Source of the DNA: Squalus acanthias
Taxonomy: Eukaryota
Assembly: GCA_030390025.1 (NCBI GenBank)
Contig: CM059432.1
Coordinates: 12,152,001-12,216,000, forward strand
Length of the DNA: 64,000 nucleotides
Direction: 5' to 3'
Below, piece after piece: positions 23,870-35,254 of the stretch. Position numbers and translations under genes: made by a program. The stretch's first letter is position 1. The number at the start of each line of letters is the position of its first letter. The notes below the pieces were generated by a model that did no database searches, was not told where the DNA came from, and saw only the letters and a program-made list of their open reading frames with translations.

Positions 23870-26292
23870 CAGCATTACATGTACCACATAACAAAAACTC
23901 CTGGCATTATTTTCTTTTAAATGAACTACAAATCCTACAAATAAACTACAAATCCAGTTTAATAACAGGTTTGCGGAGCCTTCCTGATCTCCTTAAAGAA
24001 GGTTTTGGTGTTGAACCAATTTTCGGGCTGTGTTCTGGTTCCGAACTATCTCAGATTTGTTTGAACCTGGTACTTCAGTTACTGAAGTCTGAACTGAGTC
24101 AAACTCATGTATGTGTTCATGATCGAGTGGTTCAAGATCACGTCTTGGTTCATCTCTGGCAGAGATCCTTTGATCTACAGGAACACCTCGGATGTTGTCA
24201 CCAATTTCAACCAAATATCTCTTGGTTCCACCAACCTCTACAATGGTTCCTATATCCCACTTGGGTGAACTTGACTTGCCAGGAGGACTGAGAACACGAG
24301 CACACTTGTTTTGTCTGAAACTGCATTCTTTCTGATTGCCGTCATAATAACGTTTCTGACTCAACTGTTTCTGTTTAACTCTTGAGGCCAAATTTGGTTG
24401 AACAAGACTCAGTTGTAGTGTGCGGAGTAGTTCTTCATGCTGAGTCCCAAACAACCCTGCAACACTTGCTTTTTGAGAGCTTCTTTTACTATTCTGATTG
24501 ACCTTTCGGCTGCTCCTTTTGAAGCTGGATGATATGGTGGAACGAGAGTGTGTTTGATACCATTCCATTTCATGAACTCTTGGAATAGAGCAGAACGGAA
24601 CTGGGGGCCATTTTTCAGAATCAAGCTCTTCAGGTAAGCCATGACATGTGAAGATAGATCTCAACTCATCTATGGTACGTTCAGTTGTAGTATTTGAACC
24701 CATGTGTTTCACTTCAATATTATGAATTCCTCCGTTTTGTTGTCGCTGCTTTGCATTGCCACTCGAATGGTTCTTACTTCCTGCTTTCGATCTAGCTCTG
24801 CAAGCTGTTGAAATATGGCCTTGCTTCTGGCAGTGAAAACATTTCGCATTTCTATATTGGCAGGACTGTGGTGAGTGATTTCTGTTGCAGCGATAACAGT
24901 TCACTGAACTGCTCTCACCGACATGCTTTTGACCCAGTATCACACCATTAGGTTCGGCGGTGGCTTTGTGACTGTAGACCTCAGCTGCACTAGTCACTTG
25001 AGTTGGACGGAGCTCCCTAGCATTCTTAGACGCCATCTCCATAGATAAGGTAATTTGTCATGCTATGTCAAGCATTAGGTTCGGAGTGTTCAGTAACTTG
25101 GACTGTGTGCGCTCATCCACCAGTCCACACACAAACTTATCTCGCAACGCATGATCAAAAAATGTGCCGAAGTTACAATGCAAAGACAGGTTCTTAAGAG
25201 CTACAATGTACTCACTGATGGTTTCACTTTGTTTTTGGTTTCTGGTGCCAAATTTATAGCTCTCTGCTATTTCTAATGGCTTTGGGTCGAAATGGTCCTG
25301 GAGTTTCTCGACAATGTCTTCAAACGACACATCCTTCGCTTTCCCTGGCGTGAGTAGGTTTGTTAACATTCCGTAGACATCTGACCCGATCTCCGTTAGA
25401 AAAATTGCTTTCTTCCATTCACGAATTACTTTATTTTGAGCTTGAACTTTCTCATCTGCACCTTTGGTTTCAATAATGTTATTGGTCCTAAAAAACATCT
25501 CCATTCGCTCAATGTAAGGGAAAACTAGAACCAGGGGTCACAGTCTAAGGATTAAGGGGAAGCCATTTAGGACTGAGCTGAGGAGGAACTTCTTCACCTA
25601 GAGAGTGGTGAATCTATGGAATTCTCTTCCACAGAAGGTTGTTGAGGCCAGTTCGCTAATTATATTCAAAAGGGAGTTAGATATAACACTCACAACTAAG
25701 GGGATCAAGGGGTATGGCGAGAAAGCAGGAATGGGGTACTGAGGTAGCATGTTCAGCCATGAACGCATTGAATGGCGGTGCAGGCTCGAAGGACCGAATG
25801 GTCTACTCCTGTACCTATTTTCTATGTTTCTATGTTTCTATGAATGGTTCGCGAGCTCGGTCACACATGCCGAGGCTTCCGATGAATCCCGTAGGCGCGG
25901 CCATGATTGTCCCGATCCCGTTGAACAGTGACTCGGCGCGCTACCTGTGTACATGTGTGAATCAACGCCGCTGTTGCTGTGTATACATACACGCGAAGGC
26001 GAAGCACAGACAATTCTGCGTCAGCATTAACAGTAAAACATCGCATAAATTCAGTTTAGGTGTCACAAATTCACCGTAAACTTTTCCACTCGAAGGTTGA
26101 ACACTGTGCCCTTCCATGATCCCTAAAAATGGCTTTGGGATCCCATCCTCGTCGCCAAAATGTAATATATGTGGGTAGAATAAATGAAGGACAGAGCCGG
26201 GATGAGTTGCTAGTCCATGTGCTTGCTTTACTGGGCGAGAGCGAACTGAGCATGCTCATAATAAGCCATGTGACAAATCATATATCATCACA
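23870..26292 (-). mobile_element. Internally deleted Gypsy-like LTR retrotransposon (5' LTR ~26161-26292, PBS 26140-26157, gag from 25904, integrase remnant)
   Basis: Gag reads MAAPTGFIGSLG...YIERMEMFF...LRDKFVCGL; tandem zinc knuckles CYRCNRNH...CFHCQKQGH; integrase remnant NGPQF...PPYHPASKGAAER; TG...CA LTR adjacent to the PBS. Confidence 0.85.
25519..25841 (+). mobile_element. CR1 3' end inserted into the gag N-terminus
   Basis: CR1 3' UTR with (tttctatg)n tail; gag sequence continues on both sides. Confidence 0.85.
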
Positions 26293-27114
26293 TTAGGGGG
26301 GACCTGAGTAGGACTGGAACAATGTTCCACATATCCCACAAAAAGGCAGGCATAGCTAAGATAGATAGCAAGACCTTTCATTTGGAGGAAGCGAATGGAG
26401 TCAAAGGAGAAGTTGTTCAATGTGAGAACAAGTCCAGCCAGGCGGAGGAGGGTGGTGGCGGCGGATGGGGACTAGTTGGGCCTCTGTTCATGGAAGAAGT
26501 GGGGCGCCCTCAGGCCGTCCTGGTGGGGGGATAGCCGTGTAGAGGGATTGGGATTATAAATGCAGGCATAGGAATTTTTAATCCAAAGAGATGTGGCAAA
26601 AAAATGTGACAACAGGATGTTACCTGCTGTAGACCTAAAGTATGTGCAGATGCCAGATTTTTTTTTAAAGTCAGATAAAATCAGAAGTTTACACAGCCCC
26701 CGAATCACTGACATTTTAAATCCAAGGTAGATCATTAGTGAAACGTGACACATGAATGAAACTAGGTTACATTTCTGTCTGCAAAAAAAAAATGAGCGAT
26801 TGCGACCTCTAACGACGTGAAGCTCTTGAGCTGGATTTGGCAAATTTGAAATCCATTCTTCGGGGGTGTTTTTTTTCCCACATTAATCTTAGAAGGTTAA
26901 TTTTTTCTCCTTTCCACCCCCGTTTGCATTTAAGTGAATTTGCTGCTGCGATTCTTATTTCCAATTGCAAAGGAATTGCTGCATTTGCTTAAATAATAAG
27001 CGCTGTCATTTGTATTTAGAAGTGCCTGGGGGCTGGAGCCGGAGCCGGAGCCAGCGCGGCTTGCGTTGCGGAGTGAGCGATGGTCGTTCGGGCTGTGATT
27101 CCATCCCTCGGACA

Positions 27115-27401
27115 ATGGTCATCCGGAGGCGGTCGCATTATCACCCCCACCCCCACCCCCACCGTGAGCTGCTGCTCTGCCTCTTGCTCAAGCTGCTGGC
27201 TCTGGGCTGCGCGGTGGTCCTGTTCTGCGAGCTCGGCATCTACTACGCGGTGATACTGGGATGTCACTGGCCTCCGCTGAAAGCTGCAGCCCAGCACGGC
27301 CACCAAGCGAGGTCCTCTCCTCCGGTCCTCAGGGCTTTGTTCCTGGCTGATACACATCTGCTGGGAGCCCTCAAAGGACACTGGCTCGACAAGCTGAGAA
27401 G
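27115..27401 (+). CDS. MPPE1: Metallophosphoesterase 1 (PGAP5), coding exon 1
   Basis: Kozak ACAATGG; transmembrane segment followed by [24 protein letters not shown]; donor gtgag; upstream acceptor tttag near 27019. Confidence 0.93.
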
Positions 27402-28034
27402 GTGAGCTATATACACACAAAACACACGCACACACACACACACAAATCAATGTCTATATTCATTTTTGCTGAAGAACTGGGCTGGCGGAGCAGCCAAAGT
27501 TGGGATCGTGGCTTTGCATTCCTTAAGTTTCCTTTGCTTATGATCAAGAATTCCGCTGGTCAGTATGGATCTGGTTTTTAAATTTTCTGGGCAAACTTAT
27601 CTCAACAACAACAACAAGAACTTGCATTTCTATAGCGCCTTTAACGTAGTAAAACGTTCCCAAGGCTGCTGCACGGGAGTGTTATAAGACAAAAAAAATT
27701 GACACAGAGCCACATAAGGATCTCGGCAGTTTTTGAAATACATTCTGTGTGGGGTTTTTTTTTTAACGCGACCAAATGCCAGCGGAAACAACTGCAACAG
27801 GGACAAATATTGCACAATTAAGTATGGAAATGAGGAAAAAAGGCTAGGAGTCCCAGACAGATTGAGCACAGACTGAGATGTGTTTGCTGTAACTAAGGAT
27901 ATGTCCGACTGAGTTGCCAACACTGAGGAAATTGCTAAAACTGGTGTTTGTGATTAGTAAACAGCTTTGCAAACCGATAGATCTGCGATTATTGCTCAGA
28001 ATATATTCCCTTACAATAGGTGGGGGAAGGGGGG

Positions 28035-28738
28035 GGGGGTCGAATTTCCGCTAGTAATATCAGCGCATTCCGGGCGGAATCGGCCGCACCAGCGCAAAAG
28101 ATCGGGGAATTTTAAACGTAAGCGAGTTTCGGCCGAAACCACTTGTGTTTTCCGTGATATTTTTTTTTACTCTAGTTTAAGATTAAATTCGCTGCTCACA
28201 AATCTGGCCAGGCCGACATTGCGGGTTTCCGCCGACTGCGCTGGTTCGGGAAGGCTCTTCAAATTGCTCTCATCTTCAGAGGCGCGCAGGCGCTAGTCGG
28301 CACTTTTAAAAAAGTTTTTTCGTAACGAAAAAATATTTAATTTACTAAGAAACCAACGAGTGTACACCAAGGAAGTTAGTAAATGGCGCATTATAGTTTT
28401 TGAAAGTGATTTTAACTCGGGTTACTCCCAGATGAAGGACTGGACGTGAGCATTTCCATACTTCAGAGTGCTTATTTTTTGTGATAAATCCACTTTCAGC
28501 TGTATTAGTAAAAGTGGACCAGGTTACCACTCTTAAACACGTCAATGAATGCTTTTTAATGGAAAAAAACAATTAGGTTCTATTACGCTGCCCGATTGCG
28601 CTGGTTCATGGAAGATTTTACGTTTGTGTTTATGCAAATGATTTTTATTGGAACTTGAACTGTAACCTAACCAGCGCAATTTCTAGCAGAATTTGGACGC
28701 AATTTCCAGATTGCACCCAGAGCGAAAACTCGACCCCC
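28035..28738. mobile_element. Non-autonomous DNA transposon (MITE)
   Basis: Terminal inverted repeats GGGGTCGAATTT...AAACTCGACCCC. Confidence 0.6.
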
Positions 28739-28929
28739 CGTATGTTTGAAAACCAAGACAAGTGATTATATTTCCTCATGAGCGATGGATGGCAAGTCCG
28801 TGTCAACAAGGGTTGACTAATAAGAGATGTGGGCATGGATTAATTATTTAGAATATCAACTGATTTACTTTGTGGTGCACCAAGAAATTTTGTAGACATA
28901 ACCTTCAGGAAATTAAGCAAATGTGAGTC

Positions 28930-31826
28930 AAGGCCATAGTGAGAGCCGGTAGTGCAGAGGACTGTATAGAGCGGAGGACTGTATAGAGCGGAGGACTATA
29001 GAGCGGAGGACTGTATAGAGCGGAGGACTGAATAGAGCGGAGGACTGTATAGAGCGGAGGACTGTATAGAGCGGAGGACTATAGAGCGGAGGACTGTACA
29101 GAGCGGAGGACTGTATAGAGCGGAGGACTATAGAGCGGAGGACTGTATAGAGCGGAGGACTATAGAGCGGAGGACTGTATAGAGCGGAGGACTGTATAGA
29201 GCGGAGGACTATATAGAGCGGAGGACTATAGAGCGGAGGACTGTATAGAGCGGAGGACTATAGAGCGGAGGACTGTATTGAGCGGAGGACTGTATAGAGC
29301 GGAGGACTTCATAGAGCGGAGGACTGCATAGAGCAGAGGACTATAGAGCGGAGGACTGTATAGAGCGGAGGACTGCATAGAGCGGAGGACTGTATAGAGC
29401 GGAGGACTGCATTGAGCGGAGGACTGTATAGAGCGGAGGACTGCATAGAGCAGAGGACTATAGAGCGGAGGACTGTATAGAGCGGAGGACTGCATAGAGC
29501 GGAGGACTGTATAGAGCGGAGGACTGCATTGAGCGGAGGACTGTATAGAGCGGAGGACTGTACAGAGCGGAGGACTGTACAGAGCGGAGGACTGCATAGA
29601 GCAGAGGACTGTATAGAGCGGAGGACTGCATAGAGCGGAGGACTGTACAGAGCGGAGGACTGTACAGAGCGGTGGACTGTACAGAGCGGAGGACTGTACA
29701 GAGCGGAGGACTGTACAGAGCGGAGGACTGTACAGAGCGGAGGACTGTATAGAGCGGAGGACTGCATAGAGCGGAGGACTGTACAGAGCGGAGGACTGTA
29801 TAGAGCGGAGGACTATAGAGCGGAGGACTGTACAGAGCGGAGGACTGTACAGAGCGGAGGACTATAGAGCGGAGGACTGTATAGAGCGGAGGACTGTATA
29901 GAGCGGAGGACTGTGTAGAGCGGAGGACTGTATAGAGCGGAGGACTATAGAGCGGAGGACTGTATAGAGCGGAGGACTATAGAGCGGAGGACTGTATAGA
30001 GCGGAGGACTGTATAGAGCGGAGGACTGTGTAGAGCGGAGGACTGTATAGAGCGGAGGACTATAGAGCGGAGGACTATAGAGCGGAGGACTATAGAGCGG
30101 AGGACTGTACAGAGCGGAGGACTGTATAGAGCGGAGGACTGTATAGAGCGGAGGACTGTATAGAGCGGAGGACTGTATAGAGCGGAGGACTGTATAGAGC
30201 GGAGGACTGTACAGAGCGGAGGACTGTATAGAGCGGAGGACTATAGAGCGGAGGACTGTATAGAGCGGAGGACTGTACAGAGCGGAGGACTGTACAGAGC
30301 GGAGGACTGTATAGAGCGGAGGACTGTACAGAGCGGAGGACTGTATAGAGCGGAGGACTATAGAGCGGAGGACTGTACAGAGCGGAGGACTGTACAGAGC
30401 GGAGGACTGTACAGAGCGGAGGACTATAGAGCGGAGGACTGTATAGAGCGGAGGACTGTGTAGAGCGGAGGACTGTACAGAGCGGAGGACTGTATAGAGC
30501 GGAGGACTATAGAGCGGAGGACTGTACAGAGCGGAGGACTGTACAGAGCGGAGGACTGTATAGAGCGGAGGACTATAGAGCGGAGGACTGTACAGAGCGG
30601 AGGACTGTACAGAGCGGAGGACTGTACAGAGCGGAGGACTGTATAGAGCGGAGGACTATAGAGCGGAGGACTGTATAGAGCGGAGGACTGTGTAGAGCGG
30701 AGGACTATAGAGCGGAGGACTGTACAGAGCGGAGGACTGTACAGAGCGGAGGACTGTATAGAGCGGAGGACTATAGAGCGGAGGACTGTATAGAGCGGAG
30801 GACTGTATAGAGCGGAGGACTATAGAGCGGAGGACTGTGTAGAGCGGAGGACTGTGTAGAGCAGAGGACTGTACAGAGTGGAGGACTGTATAGAGCGGAG
30901 GACTGCATAGAGCGGAGGACTGTACAGAGCGGAGGACTGTATAGAGCGGAGGACTGCATAGAGCGGAGGACTATAGAGCGGAGGACTGTATAGAGCGGAG
31001 GACTGTATAGAGCGGAGGACTATAGAGCGGAGGACTATAGAGCGGAGGACTGTACAGAGCGGAGGACTATAGAGCGGAGGACTGTACAGAGCGGAGGACT
31101 GTATAGAGCGGAGGACTGCATAGAGCGGAGGACTGTATAGAGCGGAGGACTGTATAGAGCGGAGGACTGTATAGAGCGGAGGACTGTATAGAGCGGAGGA
31201 CTGTACAGAGCGGAGGACTGCATAGAGCGGAGGACTGTACAGAGCGGAGGACTGTATAGAGCGGAGGACTGCATAGAGCGGAGGACTATAGAGCGGAGGA
31301 CTGTATAGAGCGGAGGACTGTATAGAGCGGAGGACTATAGAGCGGAGGACTATAGAGCGGAGGACTGTACAGAGCGGAGGACTGTATAGAGCGGAGGACT
31401 GCATAGAGCGGAGGACTGTATAGAGCGGAGGACTGTATAGAGCGGAGGACTGTATAGAGCGGAGGACTGTATAGAGCGGAGGACTGCATAGAGCGGAGGA
31501 CTGCATAGAGCGGAGGACTGCGTAGAGCGGAGGACTGTATAGAGCGGAGGACTATAGAGCGGAGGACTGCATAGAGCGGAGGACTGTGTAGAGCGGAGGA
31601 CTGTGTAGAGCGGAGGACTGTATAGAGCGGAGGACTGTACAGAGCGGAGGACTGTATAGAGCGGAGGACTGTATAGAGCGGAGGACTGTATAGAGCGGAG
31701 GACTATAGAGCGGAGGACTGTATAGAGCGGAGGACTATAGAGCGGAGGACTGTATAAAGCGGAGGACTGTTGTGGAAAGCAAAGCAAATCATCCTTAGGT
31801 CACTGGTTCGATTCCCGCTCGAAGAG
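28930..31826 (+). pseudogene. tRNA-Tyr(GTA) pseudogene, intron-containing, split by an internal minisatellite
   Basis: Degenerate 5' half ATAGtgagAGCcGGTAGtGCaGAGGACTGTA (~28936-28966); intron-like 31773-31790; 3' half ATCCTTAGGTCACTGGTTCGATTCCCGCTCGAAGAG (31791-31826). Matches recalled vertebrate tRNA-Tyr. Confidence 0.9.
28950..31770 (+). repeat. Minisatellite of 17-bp TAGAGCGGAGGACTGTA and 15-bp TAGAGCGGAGGACTA units, roughly 170 copies (estimated from length)
   Basis: Directly visible tandem array with interspersed variants (GCA, GTG, GTAC). Confidence 0.98.
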
Positions 31827-31841
31827 GCGGATGTGAAAGCC

Positions 31842-31914
31842 GGACCAGTGGCACGATGGATAATGCACCTGACTACGGAGCAGAAGTTTCTAGATTCGAC
31901 TCCTGGCTGGCTCG
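31842..31914 (+). pseudogene. tRNA-Arg(ACG) pseudogene
   Basis: 73-nt GGACCAGTGGCACGATGGATAATGCACCTGACTACGGAGCAGAAGTTTCTAGATTCGACTCCTGGCTGGCTCG is colinear with recalled vertebrate tRNA-Arg-ACG; stem mismatches and a mutated B box are present. Confidence 0.88.
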
Positions 31915-31920
31915 CAAACG

Positions 31921-32085
31921 GGAGCGAGCCCTCGGCTTAGTGGTGGCCTTCTCGCCTCTGAGGCAAAAGGTGCAGCATTTGAACCCCGCTCCAGCCAGTC
32001 CCGGCGGGTGGAAACCAGAGCTCCAATGTTGAATTCTGGGTTGGCATCCAACGGGACACTCGCGTCCGGTTGGTGTGGGTCTCCT
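31921..32085 (+). mobile_element. tRNA-like SINE head/body; related copy at ~47176-47300
   Basis: GGAGCGAGCC.TGGCTTAGTGGT...TTGAATTCTGG.TTG.CATCCA.CGGGA.ACTCGCGTCCGGT is shared by both loci. Confidence 0.65.
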
Positions 32086-32439
32086 GCATCAGATTGGAAA
32101 CTCAATTAATAGGAATCATGGGCAAAGACCCACATCCTATACCACTGGTGTTATACTTCGGAAACCAACTTACTGGATAATAATAAGTGCCTGTGCTCTG
32201 CCAGTGTGTATAATTTTGTATTTTGTGTTATAGGGTGGAGCCATGAATTTTTCAACCTTCATTTTACTGTGATCCTGTGCATGTGCTTAAAGCATAATAT
32301 TAAGAGATTATTTTGTGAATCGCAGTGACATATGATTACTGTAAATGATGCTGACTAGTTAACTTACAGCTGGCAAAGTCATACGTGAATTATGATTAGC
32401 TTTGCAACTGGAGATGTCTATCATAAGGCTTTATTGGAA

Positions 32440-33130
32440 ATATAGGAACAGGAGGAGGCCATTCAGCCCCTCGAGCCTGTTCCGCCATTCAATGAGATCA
32501 TGGCTGATCTGTGACCTAACTCAATATAAATAACCCACCTTTGCCCATATCCCTTTAATACCTTTGGTTAACAAAAATCTATCAATCTCAGACTTAAATT
32601 AACAATTGACCTAGCATTTTTTGCTGTTCACTGAAGAGAGTTTCCGAACTTCTACCACCCTTTGTGTGTAGAAGTGTTTCCTAATTTCACTCCTGAAAGG
32701 CCTGGCTCTAATTTTTAGACTATGCCCCCCTAGTCCTAGACTCCTCAACCAGTGGAAATAGTTTCTCTCTATCTACCCTATCAGTTCCCCTTAATATCTT
32801 GAAAACTTTGATCAGATCACCCTTTAACCTTCTAAATTCTAGGGAATACAACCTTAATTTGTGTAATCTCTCCTTGTAATTTAACCCTTGAAGTCCGGGT
32901 ATCATTCTGGTAAACCTACGCTGCACTCCCTCCAAGGCCAATATATCCTTCCTAAGGTGTGGTGCCCAGAACTGCTCACAGTGCTCCAGGTGTGGTCTAA
33001 CCAGGGCTTTGTATAGCTGCAGCATAACTTCTACCCCCTTGTATTCCAGTCCTCTAGATATAAAGGCCAGCATTCCATTAGCCTTTTTGATTATTTTCTA
33101 TACTTGTCTGTGACATTTTAATGATCTATG
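32440..33130 (-). mobile_element. CR1 3' fragment
   Basis: ORF 32720..33073 encodes the CR1 RT C-terminus. Confidence 0.9.
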
Positions 33131-34317
33131 TACAGTACCTGGACCCCTAAGTCCCGCTGGACTTCTAGCTTTTCACCATTTATGCCATTAATTTCCGCTA
33201 TCAGAAAAGTTAAAGAATCTGTCGGGCTGTCTAGTGGTCCCCACCAGACGCTTGAGCTCAGTATGGCATTCCGAACCTGCAAATCCTCCTTTGTATTGCT
33301 GCTAGGCAGAGCATGATTTGCCATAATACATGCCTTGCGTCTGCCTTTAATAAGTAAACGAGCTGCATTTAAAAAAAACCAGCAAATTGTACATTGTAAC
33401 ATATATCCTGGGTTCAAAATTGTAATAGTCACCTCACGTCCAAGAACAAAACAAACTGAACAAAAGTATGTTCTTAATACTCGACCAAAACGAGAACAAG
33501 AATGCAAAAGTAAAGTTCCAATGATAATGCAAACATGCAAAATTAAAATAAATGTTATCCAACACTAGAATGCAGAAAATGATGGAATGCACAGCAAGTT
33601 CAACAGCCTTTGAAAAGAAAAGTCAGGTTAATGTTTCAGCCGTAAATCTTTTCCTTCCCCAGTCGACTCCAAATTCAAAGCCCTTTTTTTTTTGCTCAAA
33701 TGAAGGAGCCAGTCATGCACATTAAACAATTTTAGTGAATCAATACACCAGAACACTAAAAAATGTCACGAGACATCAAAGCAACTATTGCAATGCACGT
33801 TATCAAAACTTGAGCACTATAAAGCTGCACAGTCTAAAGTCCAGTCATTTTGCGAAATACACTGCGACATAGGAATAGATGGAATCGGCGTCCTACAAAA
33901 AGGAATGTCAGCAATTAGGAAATAGATTAAAGAGCAGGCCCAACGAGAGTGGTTCATCTCGGGATTACTCCGGGTTCCATGTGCTAGACAGCATTGGGAT
34001 AGTAAAATAAGGGAGCTAAATTCGTGGCTGGTGAGAGGGTGGAGGAGGGTAGGGTTCAGATTCTTGGGAGACTGGGACCAGCTCTGGGGCAGGAGTAGCC
34101 TTTGTCAGGTAGACTGGCTTTCCTCCAACGTCTCTGTTCCAGCAAACATATTCCCTTGTTTCGTGTGCCTCAGAGCGCTTCACAAATTGAGTGACTTCGA
34201 AGTGCAGCGGCCGTCGTTACGTAGCAAAGTGAAGCGAACGAATGACAAAAAAATTGTGACATTTCTTCCGCAGTGTCGTAGCCGGTAATCTGTTTAATGG
34301 CTATTCTGTCTCTCCAG

Positions 34318-34426
34318 GGAATGGCAAATGGAACAGGCCTTTCAGACTGCTTTGTGGTTCTTTGAACCGGATGCCGTGTTCATTCTCGGTGACCTGTTTG
34401 ATGAGGGGAAGTGGAGTTCCCCAGAG
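34318..34426 (+). CDS. MPPE1: MPPE1 coding exon 2
   Basis: (R)[36 protein letters not shown] with the GDxxD motif; ag/gt boundaries and consistent phases. Confidence 0.95.
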
Positions 34427-35254
34427 GTACTACACTGTGTTTTTATCATGTTCTGGCCTGTAAATCTGCTGGACTATTCAATCAATCCAGTCTCAATTGG
34501 GGTATCATTGTAACTATTAAATTGGTGTACTACTTTTGATTAAATGCCACAAATATGTGCAAAAAATGTCCTATTGAACCGTGTGTACTAAAAGCAGTAC
34601 TAGTTGGTATATATTTCTGCGGATGAATATTCTATTGAGAGTAACAGCCTTTTCCCCCCTCCCCCCTTCCGCACCCCCACTCCTAATTTTCACTAACCAG
34701 CTCTCTCCAGGGCATGCACCTTCTGCGACTCAGAAGGAGGATTTGACGGCCTGTTTTTGCTAATCCTCAGTTTGGCAGAACGGCCTGAGCAGCCTGTTGA
34801 AAAGTGACCGTGCGGTCTCCTCGCTCCTCAGAGGGAGGTACCTGGCTCTATTTGGCAAGGCCCCCAGTTGAGGTTAGTTGCAGTGGGGATTTGCACCTTC
34901 TCCGGTGCCCTGAACAGTAGAACTACCACGTGATCCGGTTATTTTAATTTACAGTTCCTGCCCGCTTGGTTTTAATTTACATTCTTTTTAAATAGAATCA
35001 TAGAATATAATAGAATCGTAAATATCTTCCCTCCTCCTCTAAGTCAACTATACAATCGTACCCGAGAAAGTAGACCTGTTCCTGGGCTTCTGCCAATGCT
35101 GTTGTTAAGCTGGCCTGTAGAAGGTGAACAAGAATAGCCTCTGGGTGATTCACTGCTGGATTTTCTTATTATTATTTGACCTCTATCCTTGTACCAGTCT
35201 AAGCATACAGAATGACGTTTTCTTACAAGAATTGTAACAGGAAAGCTACATTCT

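Noticed and set aside
28950..31770. CRISPR-like array
   Set aside because: There are no unique spacers, units are directly adjacent, and the context is eukaryotic with no cas genes.
29226..31787. Minus-strand ORFs such as MQSSALYSPPLYTVLRSI...
   Set aside because: They are translations of the minisatellite antisense strand, with no splice or protein-family support.
28930..31914. Functional tRNA-Tyr and tRNA-Arg genes
   Set aside because: Tyr has a degenerate acceptor 5' strand, a 2.8-kb insertion and a last-unit anticodon reading GTT. Arg has stem mismatches and an altered B box.
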